A stretch of DNA of 64,000 nt from Bythopirellula sp. (GCA_965216565.1 OZ244170.1:4224001-4288000), one strand, 5' to 3'; numbered from the stretch's first letter, positions 1 through 11,019 are shown. Translations and numbers: made by a program. Notes: generated by a model not told the origin, from the sequence alone.

Positions 1-18
1 CGTCTCAGCAATCAGGAT

Positions 19-3000
19 CTATTCAATATCATTGTGAAATTCATACCCCGCATCGAAAGCCGAATCCCACGATGCGTCGGGAATAGAATCCCCGTTTTCA
101 TCTGTAGATAAAGCTTTCACGGCGGGGTGCGAACGATTGACTGTTCGTGGATCGGCGTGTGCTGCATCGGTATTCTCCTGGAAATGCCCAGGGTCATGCG
201 GATTCGACACAAACGTATTGTCTTCCGTATCGTCTTCAGAAGAATGCACTGGTGTCGGGGAGTTCGTCGACAGGAATACTATCTGTGAAATCGAATCTTC
301 GGAGCCTTGCTTAGATAGTGACGAAGATTCAGCAATCTGGTTGTCAGATGGAGCCTGTACCAATGCCGATAAGGCAGCATTGTTAGCGGATGTGCCGTAA
401 GTCGTTTCCCAATCAGCCAGATTGCCCACAGCTGCGTTTTGTTGCCACAACAGGAAGTCGAGCCCATCAACAACTGTACTCGAGTCGAAGTCGCCTGACA
501 GATGTTGCGTTTGCGTGCCCGGTGTACCCTGGCTAGCGAAACTGACTCGCCAATTTGCGGAAGTTCCATAGTTACCGGTCGTGCTGACAACTTCCAGTGA
601 CGGCCCACTGCCATCGGCAACAGTAGGCCATGGTGCATCATCGGAGTAAATAAAATCGTGAATGATCGCATCGTTTTCGTCGACGAGGATCACTTGCTCG
701 CCTCCGTTCGAGAAGTCATTCGTATACTGACCAGCAATCAGCATGCTGCTCCCATAGCGAGCATCGAAAGCAGCGAGGTTTTCGACTACTACAACGCTCG
801 CACCAGGGCCCAGAGAGGTAACGCTACTTGTGGTGAAATCGAAGTCAATACCATCAATAAATCTTACGCCGTTGAGGCTGATCGAATCGAGGGTCGGATT
901 GTGCAACTCGATATACTCAAAGTCGTTGTCCTCAACACCTGGAACAATAGCCAACTCGGCTGGTGTCGGATTGGCAGGATGATATTGAAGTTCCGTAATT
1001 CTTAAATTCGTAGCGTCTGCGGGAACCTCAATTGAGAATAGGCCCTGAGATAGCCCACTCCAACCACCGAAGAAGTCACCTGTGCCTTTCGCGCGGGCAG
1101 TTATCTGTGTTGATTGTGTAATTGAAATTGGGCCCGTGTAGAGAATTGCCCCCGGCTTGATTCCACCACCTTCGTTCCTGGGATCGCTCCCATCGAGCGT
1201 GTAGTAGATGCTCGACCCTGGAGACGATAGAGCAACTTGCGAATTGACGGTGACGTTCCCAGGGTTGGGGCTGAACGCAGGTGCGGTGATTACCTGCGTA
1301 TCGATCCAATTGGCACGAGCGATGAGCCAGTTCTTCAGATGGCTTACTTCCCCTTCCCAACCAGTAAGGCCCGGATCGGCCAGCGGACCACCATTGGGGG
1401 CAGGGCCGGGATACCGTGCTTCGTTTCTGACTTGCGATTCAGTCAACTGATCGGTTAATCCCAACAAGGTGGCCTCCAAGTTGGCATTGGAAAACACTGT
1501 TTGCCGCAATTCGTTCCAGCGGTCGACCCAAAGCTGCTCGAAGTCGGGATCTTGCATCATCCGCCCCAGATAGAAGCGAACCCAGTGGTACTGCTCATCG
1601 ACCATCCACTTTGTGGGATCTTCTGTTCGATCGTCTTCGTCGGGGCCCATCGCCCGATCGAAATCCCAGAGAGGACCGTAGGTTAACTTTCCGCCCCGGT
1701 CTTTCGTCAAATAGGTACTTAGGCGGAATGCATCCGGGTTTCCGGAAAAGGCATTGAAGATGTGAAAATCGATAGCAGCATCGACGTCAAAGTAAGCCTC
1801 ATAGCCTAACACCGAATCCGTGAAGTTTGGTCCGTAGAGCGCGTCTTCGGCGTCTTGCACGTAATCGCGAATGTAGTCGCGCTGGGCCAAGGTCAGGTCG
1901 AGTCGCTCAGGCTCACTGTGGTTGAAGTAGCCGCCCGTGGCATTCGTCCCGCGAGATGTTAACCAACTTTCGTCATTTGGGTCGCCATCGGGTGCTTCTT
2001 CATCGATCTGCAATATGTAACCACCTGTAATCTCTGGTGCCGAATTCTGAGTCGGCGTAAGTTCGGAGATATCAACTCGGCTATCGTCACGCTTAATGAC
2101 TTCCATCAATACATAAACGCCGCGATAGTCGTTATCCGAAAGTGTTCCCCCGGTGAAGTTCGAATAGACTTCGACAAAACGCGTCCGAGGAGCCCAGGTA
2201 CCTGTCTGACGACTTAGGTCGTAGATCAAAGCATGGCGAGCCATCGCACGGTCGATGGTCCAAGGTGCGTAGAGAATCCAGTCTGATTCTGAAGGCAAAC
2301 CTAGCAGCGAGATATTCTGATCTGCACCAAATTCGTCTCGCAGTTCGATTCGCAGATTTGGTTTGTCATCTTGACTGCCAAATGTACTCTTGCCGCGCTT
2401 GTGTTGGCCGATGACTGAAGTAATGTCGGCTGGGTTCGTAAGTGAACTTCGTCCCGTGCCAGGGTCGACATCGTACAAAGCGAAAGATGAATCTTGGAAC
2501 TCGCGGTCCGGGACCCCTTGATTGAAATTATCTAACACAATCACCGGTAGATCTGAATTGAAAGTTGCCACCGATGAGGTGGACTGGACATAGGTTGCCG
2601 TGAGGATTGGCCCAACCTGCCCGGCAGAACCATAGGCTCTTGCTCGCACTTGCGTAGTGGCGTTGACGGTAACTGGGCCGGTATATATCTGTGAATTCGA
2701 GTCGGGATTGGTGCCGTCGGTGGTGTAATAAATTGTCTCACCCGCAGAAGCGGTCATCGACAATTGGAATGAGCCAACAAACACGCCCCCCACTCTTGAA
2801 AAACTGACATCCGAGGCGCGAAGGTTTGTGTTGGGCAACCCAGGCGTGGGGGCTTCTAGTTGCCCAATCAGGGGCGGGTCAATAGGGCCGCCTGAGGTGA
2901 GAAGCAGGTTTGGCACCGACAACATGTCGGAACTAGGACTACGATTGAGTGCATGTATGGCAAGTGAATTGGTACCTAGGTTCAGCAAATGGGAGTAGCT

Positions 3001-3864
3001 GCTGAGGTCAAAGTTTTCATAAACAACAGCCTGGCCATCAGGATGATCGGCAGTAGCAACTGAATTGTAGACCCCCGTCGCAGGGGCATTGGCACTCGCG
3101 ACTCGCGTACCATTGATGTATGCGATGAACCCATCGTCATACTTCATTTGAAGTTTATCTAATAACGTGTCGGGGTTCGTGATGGTGAAATCCGCACGTA
3201 CATAGACCGTTGTGGTACCAGGATCAATGGGCGTATCGAGCAATCCGAGATTCGCGTAGTTTGTACTAGAGGTCTCGTAACCCATGCTGATCGAATCGAG
3301 GTCCCAGAGAGAATCGTCAAAAGCAGTACTCGTCCAAGTTGCGTCAACGGAGTTGTCTGTGGGAATCAGATAGCGAGCCGTGCTGTTAGGATTGACAGGA
3401 TTTGTCGGATCGGAATCGAAAGCTAGACCATACGAGACATCACTGGTTTGAGCTGGATAATTGGTTCCACCTGCCCCGAACTCTGAAAGCACTGTACCGC
3501 TGGGGTTAATGAGTGCCACATACTCCCCTCCAGCGGCAAGCGAGAAGTTGGTATGCAAAAAGCCAGCTGAATCTGGCGTATTATTTCCAGAGGCAAATAC
3601 CGTTAAGAATTCGCCCTCTCCTAAGACTACGCTGGGAAATAACCATTTGTTGTTGTCCAGTGGATCGTCGGTTAACCGATATCCAGTAAGGTTGACGCTC
3701 TGGTCGCCATTGTTGTAAATCTCGATCCAATCGGGCGTCGCACCATTGCCATCTTCGATCGTATCGTCGTTAGACGCCATGAACTCCGTAATGATCGGAT
3801 CGGCAGCCAGTAACTGGCGAGCCTCAAGAGCTTCGAAGGTGAGTCGCTTGACGGACTTGCTCAT
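19..3864 (-). CDS. Secreted CotH-family kinase with two lamin-tail domains, Fn3-associated (chitobiase C-terminal-like) domains and a C-terminal dockerin-like motif
   Basis: N-terminal planctomycete extracellular motif RLTFEALEARQLLA; LTD-like ITEFMASN..DWIEIYN and ITELQYHP..EYIELHN; YYTTDGTNP and YYTLDGSDP Fn3-associated motifs; CotH core YRGVYVLMEVIKRD...GPLWDFD; GDFDSSTVVDGLDFLLWQQ. Confidence 0.85.
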   Translation of the reverse strand: MSKSVKRLTFEALEARQLLAADPIITEFMASNDDTIEDGNGATPDWIEIYNNGDQSVNLTGYRLTDDPLDNNKWLFPSVVLGEGEFLTVFASGNNTPDSAGFLHTNFSLAAGGEYVALINPSGTVLSEFGAGGTNYPAQTSDVSYGLAFDSDPTNPVNPNSTARYLIPTDNSVDATWTSTAFDDSLWDLDSISMGYETSSTNYANLGLLDTPIDPGTTTVYVRADFTITNPDTLLDKLQMKYDDGFIAYINGTRVASANAPATGVYNSVATADHPDGQAVVYENFDLSSYSHLLNLGTNSLAIHALNRSPSSDMLSVPNLLLTSGGPIDPPLIGQLEAPTPGLPNTNLRASDVSFSRVGGVFVGSFQLSMTASAGETIYYTTDGTNPDSNSQIYTGPVTVNATTQVRARAYGSAGQVGPILTATYVQSTSSVATFNSDLPVIVLDNFNQGVPDREFQDSSFALYDVDPGTGRSSLTNPADITSVIGQHKRGKSTFGSQDDKPNLRIELRDEFGADQNISLLGLPSESDWILYAPWTIDRAMARHALIYDLSRQTGTWAPRTRFVEVYSNFTGGTLSDNDYRGVYVLMEVIKRDDSRVDISELTPTQNSAPEITGGYILQIDEEAPDGDPNDESWLTSRGTNATGGYFNHSEPERLDLTLAQRDYIRDYVQDAEDALYGPNFTDSVLGYEAYFDVDAAIDFHIFNAFSGNPDAFRLSTYLTKDRGGKLTYGPLWDFDRAMGPDEDDRTEDPTKWMVDEQYHWVRFYLGRMMQDPDFEQLWVDRWNELRQTVFSNANLEATLLGLTDQLTESQVRNEARYPGPAPNGGPLADPGLTGWEGEVSHLKNWLIARANWIDTQVITAPAFSPNPGNVTVNSQVALSSPGSSIYYTLDGSDPRNEGGGIKPGAILYTGPISITQSTQITARAKGTGDFFGGWSGLSQGLFSIEVPADATNLRITELQYHPANPTPAELAIVPGVEDNDFEYIELHNPTLDSISLNGVRFIDGIDFDFTTSSVTSLGPGASVVVVENLAAFDARYGSSMLIAGQYTNDFSNGGEQVILVDENDAIIHDFIYSDDAPWPTVADGSGPSLEVVSTTGNYGTSANWRVSFASQGTPGTQTQHLSGDFDSSTVVDGLDFLLWQQNAAVGNLADWETTYGTSANNAALSALVQAPSDNQIAESSSLSKQGSEDSISQIVFLSTNSPTPVHSSEDDTEDNTFVSNPHDPGHFQENTDAAHADPRTVNRSHPAVKALSTDENGDSIPDASWDSAFDAGYEFHNDIE

Positions 3865-4085
3865 TCCACGCCTATGTTCGCTTATGACCGCGTCATAATT
3901 CTAGTTTTAGGAAGAGGTTCCGAACTTGCGGCAACGACATTTCATTGCGGTCCAGAAATTCTTACGGATCCTCAGATACATTTTGAGAGAGTTGAGCTAC
4001 GGGGTACGACTCCCACTTACTTAGACAGACTTGGAGAAGAGCTTTCTCTTTTCTCCAAAATTCTAGAAGCGTAGCCCGAATCTTG

Positions 4086-4113
4086 AGTATACCAATATTG
4101 GTCTAGCTGTCAA
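4086..4113 (-). promoter_or_regulatory. sigma70-like promoter (TTGACA-N16-TATACT) with overlapping 18-bp operator TATACCAATATTGGTCTA (4088-4105)
   Basis: Minus strand reads TTGACA GCTAGACCAATATTGG TATACT, upstream of the CotH gene; the same palindrome recurs at six other promoters. Confidence 0.8.
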
Positions 4114-4212
4114 GCTTCGAGCTTGTGTTTCCGACGCAGCCTGGGAGTTAAGTGACGCCGCGCGACATGACTCTTCTGTGACTAAGCCCATCTTGAGACT
4201 CTAGGGCTGAGA

Positions 4213-6183
4213 TTAAGTGCCTTCCATGGACGGTGGCGGGTCGTTGATGTGTCTTAGCCAAACCAGGTACAAGCCAACAAAGGCTGTGGCTCCGATAGCT
4301 AAGCAAATTGTGAATCCTTCCCAATTGCGGACTATGGCCAACATGGGTGTCAGGAAGAGCATGACCTGAAACGTCAATGCAAATGGTACCGCTGTGAGAT
4401 CGCGTCGATGTTCCGCGGTCACTTGGTCTCGCACATCATCGGGCAGTTCTGCCTTCAAGTGACTCCATAGGCCGAAGGGCCACGTTGTCCGATAAAAATT
4501 GCGTAGCACAGCTGGGTCAGTCGGTGGTGTGAACAGGGCACCGAGAACTGAAGCGATAAGCCCAATCGACCCCACGACGAGCAATTGAAAATGCGGGGAG
4601 AGTTCCGGATAAAGTAGCCGCTGTAGAAAAGCAGCCATCATTCCCGCGATCATTCCAATAGCAAAACCGCCCCCGTTAAAACGCCACCAGTACAGCCTCA
4701 ATATGATGGGCATCATCATGCCTCCACCCAAACCCATGATGATCCAGTCCCAGATTTCATTGACGTTTTTTATGCTATAGGCAAAGGCAAAGCCGATGAC
4801 AACGATGGCTGCGATGAATATCCAGGTTGCAAACAATAGCTCACGAATCCCCGCCGTCGGTCGGAGATGTTTTTGATAGATGTCCCGCACGAAGAGCCCA
4901 GCTGTCATGTTTACATTTGAATCGAATGTAGACATGGATGCAGCCAACAAGGCAACGATCATTAGGCCGCGCAGACCGGCAGGAATAACTAGCAGCAGGA
5001 CGGCCGGCAGAATACGTTCGGGATTCACAGTACCGTGATAACTGATCAGCAGCACTTTTTCTTTCCATTGCTCTCCTAACAATGCTTGCAACTGCTCGAT
5101 GAACTGGGGGTCCAACTGCTCCGGCGAGTTGATGAGGCCTGAGGTGTATTCCTGCCAACTCTCTTCGTTGACCTCTGGTGCATGGTTCTTGATGAGAACA
5201 GAAGCGTCTTGAATGACCGACTGATCAGGAAATAAATTGCCAATCAGCACTAGCCCCAGCACGGCAAAACTCATCATCATTGGCCATCGGGCGGACATGA
5301 GGCATGTCCACATGAAAGAGAGCTTACTGCATTCGGCGTCGGTTCGAGCACCGAAATACTTGGGATCGTCACCTGTACCAAGACCGAAGAAAAGATTGCG
5401 GAGTAGGTAGAGGCCGACAAACAGAATCAGATGCTGATACTGCTCGTAGCCTGTCGGCATGCTTGTGTTCCACTGGGGCGCGGCAGACATCCAACTGGTG
5501 TTACCAGTGATCTGGGTGGAAAGCTGCTCCAACGCTCCAGCGTCGGTTATTTGTGTCATTGCCAAGAAGCATACGAGCCCCACGGCGGCGAGGATAACTA
5601 CTGATTGCAATAGGTCAGTAAACACTACCCCGTAGAAACCCGAGAACATCGTATAGACGGCTGCCAGACAAATCACCACCAAGGCGCATTGCGTGGGGGA
5701 AAAAGGCAGAAGCATAGAAAAGAACAGGCCTACTGCCTTGGTGAGGTAAGCCAACATTCCGATTACCCAAGCAATCGTGGCGATTGCCTTAGCAAGCTGT
5801 GCGAACCGACCTCCAGGTCCATCACCGAAGCGATAGATCATCCACTCGGCACCGGTCAAGCAACCGGAACGTCGGTGCCACTTGCCAGTCCACAGCATCA
5901 TCATCACGAGCACCAGCACAGCTCCGCCACGAAACTCGATAAACAGCCCTCTAGGACCAAGGAGATACAAGAACGAGACAATCACCATCGTTCCGGCAAC
6001 ATCGAGATAGCTAGCCATTCCAGATGTCCCCAGCATCCACCAGGGCAGAGAACGGCCACCGACGAGATAATCTTCCAGGCTGGCAGAAGCTAGTTTCTTG
6101 AGATAGAAGGTCAACGCTATCAGCAGGCACAGGTATAGCCCGATTACTGCGTAGTCGAACCAATTCAGGTAGTCGGCAGCCAA
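4213..6183 (-). CDS. Sodium:solute symporter (SSS family), probable sugar transporter
   Basis: DYLVGGRSLPWW, G..TGAEW..YRFG, GFYGVVFTDLLQ, LLAASMSTFDS, RLYWWRFN and many hydrophobic helices. ORF track starts at 6252; TTG at 6183 follows an AAGGAG RBS and is the more likely start. Confidence 0.88.
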   Translation of the reverse strand: MAADYLNWFDYAVIGLYLCLLIALTFYLKKLASASLEDYLVGGRSLPWWMLGTSGMASYLDVAGTMVIVSFLYLLGPRGLFIEFRGGAVLVLVMMMLWTGKWHRRSGCLTGAEWMIYRFGDGPGGRFAQLAKAIATIAWVIGMLAYLTKAVGLFFSMLLPFSPTQCALVVICLAAVYTMFSGFYGVVFTDLLQSVVILAAVGLVCFLAMTQITDAGALEQLSTQITGNTSWMSAAPQWNTSMPTGYEQYQHLILFVGLYLLRNLFFGLGTGDDPKYFGARTDAECSKLSFMWTCLMSARWPMMMSFAVLGLVLIGNLFPDQSVIQDASVLIKNHAPEVNEESWQEYTSGLINSPEQLDPQFIEQLQALLGEQWKEKVLLISYHGTVNPERILPAVLLLVIPAGLRGLMIVALLAASMSTFDSNVNMTAGLFVRDIYQKHLRPTAGIRELLFATWIFIAAIVVIGFAFAYSIKNVNEIWDWIIMGLGGGMMMPIILRLYWWRFNGGGFAIGMIAGMMAAFLQRLLYPELSPHFQLLVVGSIGLIASVLGALFTPPTDPAVLRNFYRTTWPFGLWSHLKAELPDDVRDQVTAEHRRDLTAVPFALTFQVMLFLTPMLAIVRNWEGFTICLAIGATAFVGLYLVWLRHINDPPPSMEGT

Positions 6184-6353
6184 ATGGCTCACTCCTTTGT
6201 ATCTAGCCACCCATCTATAGAAACCTAAGCGCTGATTTCTCGCGCTTGCCAACTGTTTCGGGGGTAGTTAGAAATCGTCTTCAATGACTGAAAAATGTTG
6301 ATTAGTCTTTTTGGAGGATGAGAGTATTTCGAGAGACGTTTCTCAACTAGTCT

Positions 6354-9300
6354 TTAACGTAGGTAGAGACAAATTATTTCTGCCACCCGGTAGTCTATTG
6401 GGACCTCAAGCCATTGGTTGCCTTCATCATCTTGACGCACTGAGTAATCAAGTTGCTCCAATTCGTCTTCCATTATGTTGGTGCGGCAAACGGTATTAAA
6501 AGGCATGCTCGTTCTTAGTACGGCTTGGTCGCTCTGACCGAGTGGATCGTAGAGCCGGACAACGACTCCCGAGCCATTTTCCGCAGGCTTCACGGTATTG
6601 AGGACAAGCCGACCATCAACTGCAAAGAGGGACCGACCAGCGTCACTCGAAGATCGCTGTGTCCACAGCAACGGCTGATTGAAAGTGATTGCCTCTGAAA
6701 CGACATCCCCTTCCCGCCAGTCGCCTTGATGCGGCAACACGGCGTAGGAGAATTGATGCGAGCCCATATCGCATTTCTCATCAGGATAAGTAGGTGCGCG
6801 AAGCAAGCTTAACGTAAGCACGCTCCCAGAAACGCTATATCCATATTTGCAATCTGTGAGCAAGGCCAGGCCGAAACTTGGTTCTGAAAGATCGGCCCAG
6901 CGATGTCCTGGGACTTCAAACTTAGCCGCATCAGCCAGAGTGTTTGTATGTGTTGGTCTTTCGGCATAGCCAAACGGCATCTCGAATGTTGCACGATCGG
7001 AGCGAACCGTCGTGGGGAAAACGACTTTCAGGAGTTGATGCTTCTCCTGCCATTGCACATCGCAGTGGAATTCAAGTCGTCGTGCCCCGGCAGCCAGCCG
7101 AATGGTTTGCGACATAGAACTCTCAAGTCCCAATGGCCTTTCAAAGAGGATCTCCGCTTCGAGTGGGCCAGGAGATACGATCTGGCACTTGGTGGCGGGC
7201 TGACAAACGCGGCCCGTTTCTAGGATTGACGGATCTACGTCCCATGCGTCCCACAAGACGGGCCGATCCTCATGCATCACTAGGGAATTTCCTGCTGAAC
7301 TCAATACCGACCTTCCCGACTCTAGGCATACAAGTTCAAGGAGGTCGCCATTCTCAGTAAGCGTGGCTGAGATGATCCCATTCTGGATGTGAAGCTTGCC
7401 GTCGTGAAGTTCGACGGATACAGGTTCAATCACTTCGTCATCTGCTTTGACTCTTCCGAATCCAAAGGGGGGAGATTCAACCAGGGATGGTCCTCGGTCG
7501 GGAACATCCACCACCTCGCGACGAGCAACGGAGGTCGTGTTTAGAGGGGTGATGACTGAAGAAGACGAATCGTTAGGTGAAAGTCCGTTGAGCAACTCTT
7601 CGCGAAGTGCCTGGCCATATTCAAGAATCGAGGCAAAATCTGTGCGAGCCTGTTCGTGAACTTCTGCTATTGAGGAACCTGGAAGAATGTCGTGAAACTG
7701 ATTGAGCAGCAGTTTTTCCCAGAGTTTGTCTACCTTCTCCTTCGGATATTTTGCATCGCTCTCGTACTGACTAAGTACCCCAACAAGTTCGATATCGTGC
7801 AACAAACCTTCGCATTTTCGAAGGCCTCGCTTCATTAAAGCCTGACTCGTATAGGTTGCCCGGTGACCCTCAAGATAGAGTTCGCCTGTTACCGTAGGGA
7901 TCGAACGAGTTTGGTTCTTTAGCCGTTGGAAGAATTGCTCAGGCGACCGTTGATTAGAGCGAGGCACTCCCAGCAGATCTTTTGTGCGTCGCAAACTTTC
8001 CAGCATTTCAGCCGTCGGACCACCACCACCATCGCCATGTCCAAACAGATAGTAAGCATCCGCGCCGCGATCTGAATTCTTATAGTTGGCTGCGTGGTAG
8101 CGAAGCTGCGACACTTGGCAGGTCCCGCTATAGGTATCTGCGGGTGGGAAATGCGTCAGCACTCGGCTTCCGTCGGGGCTTTCCCAATAAAACGTGTGAT
8201 GCGGGGGCGAGGTAAACTTATTCCAGGATAGCTTCTGCGTTAAGAAATTATCGATTCCTGCCAACGACATGATCTGGGGCAGTTGTCCTGCGTACCCAAA
8301 GACATCCGGATTCCAAAACTCAGTGCAACGTCGCCCAAATCGGCTTTCAAAGTACTTCTGTCCGAACAAAAACTGTCGGCAAAGTGATTCGCCTGAGGGC
8401 AGATTGCAATCGGGTTCTACATACGTTCCTCCCACAGGAAGCCACTGACCTGAATCTATCTTCTCGCGAATCCGTTGAAACAAGTCTGGGTTCTGACTCT
8501 CTATGCAGGAGTACTGGTAGGCCTGGGGGCAAGCAAACAAGAACTCTGGATAGTCATCCATATGCAGCACGACGGAACTGAAAGTCCGCACTGTCTTTCG
8601 ATAAGACTCCGCCAAAGGCCAAAGCCAAGCGGTATCGATGTGGGCGTGTCCCACTGCACTTAGTTCGTGAGCAAAGCCGCCGTTGCCGATTCTCAGTAAC
8701 TCGGCGAGGATGTCTCTGGCAGGGCCCCATGTCTCCCGGTCACTGGGATCGAGTAAGTTGCAAACCTGATTAAGATCATACAACAGACGACCGGCCCAGG
8801 CAGAATCTAGCGCTGGGCGTACTAAGGGTGTTTTGCCAAGACCAATGCCTTCTGTCTCCTGAGATGGATTACGATCAGCAACCAACTCGGTCAGAACTCG
8901 TAAATCGTGATATAAGTCCCATGCTTCCTGGTCGTAGCGTCTGATCTCGCACGTTTGCAGCCAATGAGACGGACGATGAGTAGGCTCGGGCCATGGGAGA
9001 CCGGGAACTCCATCGGGCCCCAGTAGATGATTGCATGCCACCTCGACATATAGCGTTAGCTCTTCAGCGCCAGTGGATTCTTCAATCAACCTTGCTGTTT
9101 CCCGACCCGGGTTGAGGCCTTGGATAGAACGACCATCTAGCCACAACAGGGCCTCGCTATTGCTTAGCCACGCTAGATCGACACGGTGCCCTTTCCACTC
9201 TGGCGGTACACATACTTTCAATCGAAACCAAAATGTAGCGAAAGTCGGGCCGAGGGGATCGCCCATTTTGCCAGGACGATACGTGAGTGCCTTGGCCTCT

Positions 9301-9515
9301 TCCCACGAAATGCGAGAAACGGGGCCGGCAAGTGAAATCTGTGGAATGGCACAGCGATCTGGATAGATCGCCTCTTCCATTCGTTGGTTGAGACCGAGAA
9401 TTCGATCGAGAACGTAATTCTGCTCACCCAAATAAGGCGGAGAACCTGACGAATGATCAAGGCGGTAGGGATTCGACGTCTGCGGCACCCTCCTCTTATT
9501 CTCTTGCCTTTGCAT
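6354..9515 (-). CDS. Alpha-mannosidase, glycoside hydrolase family 38
   Basis: GHAHIDTAWLWP, PSGESLCRQFLFGQ, WNPDVFGY (nucleophile Asp), GHGDGGGGP, GELYLEGHRATYT, LLNQFHDILPGSSI. Confidence 0.93.
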   Translation of the reverse strand: MQRQENKRRVPQTSNPYRLDHSSGSPPYLGEQNYVLDRILGLNQRMEEAIYPDRCAIPQISLAGPVSRISWEEAKALTYRPGKMGDPLGPTFATFWFRLKVCVPPEWKGHRVDLAWLSNSEALLWLDGRSIQGLNPGRETARLIEESTGAEELTLYVEVACNHLLGPDGVPGLPWPEPTHRPSHWLQTCEIRRYDQEAWDLYHDLRVLTELVADRNPSQETEGIGLGKTPLVRPALDSAWAGRLLYDLNQVCNLLDPSDRETWGPARDILAELLRIGNGGFAHELSAVGHAHIDTAWLWPLAESYRKTVRTFSSVVLHMDDYPEFLFACPQAYQYSCIESQNPDLFQRIREKIDSGQWLPVGGTYVEPDCNLPSGESLCRQFLFGQKYFESRFGRRCTEFWNPDVFGYAGQLPQIMSLAGIDNFLTQKLSWNKFTSPPHHTFYWESPDGSRVLTHFPPADTYSGTCQVSQLRYHAANYKNSDRGADAYYLFGHGDGGGGPTAEMLESLRRTKDLLGVPRSNQRSPEQFFQRLKNQTRSIPTVTGELYLEGHRATYTSQALMKRGLRKCEGLLHDIELVGVLSQYESDAKYPKEKVDKLWEKLLLNQFHDILPGSSIAEVHEQARTDFASILEYGQALREELLNGLSPNDSSSSVITPLNTTSVARREVVDVPDRGPSLVESPPFGFGRVKADDEVIEPVSVELHDGKLHIQNGIISATLTENGDLLELVCLESGRSVLSSAGNSLVMHEDRPVLWDAWDVDPSILETGRVCQPATKCQIVSPGPLEAEILFERPLGLESSMSQTIRLAAGARRLEFHCDVQWQEKHQLLKVVFPTTVRSDRATFEMPFGYAERPTHTNTLADAAKFEVPGHRWADLSEPSFGLALLTDCKYGYSVSGSVLTLSLLRAPTYPDEKCDMGSHQFSYAVLPHQGDWREGDVVSEAITFNQPLLWTQRSSSDAGRSLFAVDGRLVLNTVKPAENGSGVVVRLYDPLGQSDQAVLRTSMPFNTVCRTNIMEDELEQLDYSVRQDDEGNQWLEVPIDYRVAEIICLYLR

Positions 9516-9589
9516 TGCGCTGGTTTCGTTCTGAGTTGGTGAGGTAAGAAAGAGAAGAGTGATGCCTAGGCAGACGTCTATTAACGGTA

Positions 9590-10681
9590 CTAAGACTTAC
9601 CGCTGACGATTGAGTGAGTTGCTCGTCCAATCGATCCACCATCAAAAATCTTGAGCTTGCTTGGTTCCATGAGCATCGGGCCTTTCCACTTATCCTTGTC
9701 ACCTCCTGCGATAAACCAATCGACACAAGTATCCATAAAATCAATTGGGTCAGGGCGTTCGAAAGATGCGATAGGTGGATTCATGTATTTGCCAATGCCC
9801 TCGCAGTCGATCGTGCAAACGGAAAGTTCATCTCCCACGGAAATACCCGCCTCGTTGGCTGCACGTATCACGCCCATGGCTGCTGGAAGCGTGACGCACA
9901 TAACTGCGCTAGTCTCCTCTTCGATAGAACGAATCCATTTTCGAGCCACCTTGAAACCTGCCTCGAAGATGTTTTCGTTGGATTTGCAAGGCCTGTCGAT
10001 TAGTTCACCGAGTGCACCGTCTTGACCCGACCAATTGTCCCATTCTCGGATTCGAGCCTCAGTTATTAGGTTATGTCTTTGAACATTGATGCAATCGATT
10101 CGGTGGTGTCCGAGTTTCTCCAATCGCGTTAGCATCGAGCCAATATAGTGAGGAGGAAACAATACAATTGATGGAATATCAAAATGTGTCAGATCTTCGG
10201 ATAAAGCGACAACTCCGGTTGCCTCTTTCAGTAAGCTTTCGGTCCATGAAGGAATCGGATCTGAACTCGTCACCAGGAAAACGCCATCGAAAGCACGAAT
10301 AGATTCGGTGATGATGGGATCGTCCCAGTGACTGTAATTTACTACCCGTACCCGCGCGTTGCGGTCTCGAGCAATTCTCTCCACAGCTGAAAGCCACAAT
10401 TGCAAGTCGGGAGAGAATGATTGCGGAGCTATGCTAGGAAGAACCACTGCGATCTGCAGCCCAGTTGCTGCTGACCTCGCTTTCGTGGTGAGCACTAATC
10501 GTCGGTTAGGGGCTCGTTCGAGCAATCCCTTTCGCTCCAGCTCCTCCAGGGACTTTCTCAGTGTGACTCGGCTTACGCCGATGTCGTCCGCGAGATCCCT
10601 CTCCGCTGGAATGTCGGACAACGCGTAGTCTCCCTTTTGAATCCGGCGCTCCAGCAGTTTGGCGATACGAAGATGCTTCAT
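9590..10681 (-). CDS. Transcriptional regulator with GntR wHTH and LacI-type sugar-binding domain (AraR-like architecture)
   Basis: MKHLRIAKLLERRIQKGDY..IPAERDLADDIGVSRVTLRKSLEELERKGLL; C-terminal GISVGDELSVCTID..PPIAS of LacI type. Start taken at ATG 10681 (ORF track extends to 10813). Confidence 0.88.
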   Translation of the reverse strand: MKHLRIAKLLERRIQKGDYALSDIPAERDLADDIGVSRVTLRKSLEELERKGLLERAPNRRLVLTTKARSAATGLQIAVVLPSIAPQSFSPDLQLWLSAVERIARDRNARVRVVNYSHWDDPIITESIRAFDGVFLVTSSDPIPSWTESLLKEATGVVALSEDLTHFDIPSIVLFPPHYIGSMLTRLEKLGHHRIDCINVQRHNLITEARIREWDNWSGQDGALGELIDRPCKSNENIFEAGFKVARKWIRSIEEETSAVMCVTLPAAMGVIRAANEAGISVGDELSVCTIDCEGIGKYMNPPIASFERPDPIDFMDTCVDWFIAGGDKDKWKGPMLMEPSKLKIFDGGSIGRATHSIVSGKS

Positions 10682-10750
10682 GATTAGCCTGAGAAATCTG
10701 CCCTGACGACTGCGGAAAAATGAACGTTTCAGCGGAACTAGACCAAGCAG

Positions 10751-10768
10751 TAGTCCAAATCCGGTACT
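10751..10768. promoter_or_regulatory. Degenerate copy of the locus operator upstream of the regulator (possible autoregulation)
   Basis: TAGTCCAAATCCGGTACT, about 13/18 match to the consensus; an extra TAGACCA half-site lies 12 bp upstream. Confidence 0.4.
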
Positions 10769-10857
10769 ATATAGTCTAATTAGAAAATCAGCTTTTGTGA
10801 ATGGTTGGATCATGCAGTTCTCCCGACCCTTTAAACCACAGTAAAAACTACCGGGAA

Positions 10858-10875
10858 CATACCATATTTGGTATA
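10858..10875. promoter_or_regulatory. Operator palindrome in the divergent regulator/sulfatase intergenic region
   Basis: CATACCATATTTGGTATA matches the recurrent 18-bp palindrome. Confidence 0.75.
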
Positions 10876-11019
10876 TTCCTATCCTTCGGTAGTACTGTTC
10901 CAGGCGTTACAAACATTTCCCGGCCAGCATGGACAACGATTGAGCCGGACAGCTCCGCAGGCCTGAGAACCTACTAACCGAGTAATTCTTGAGCTACTCC
11001 CAACTAGAGACTGACTATT

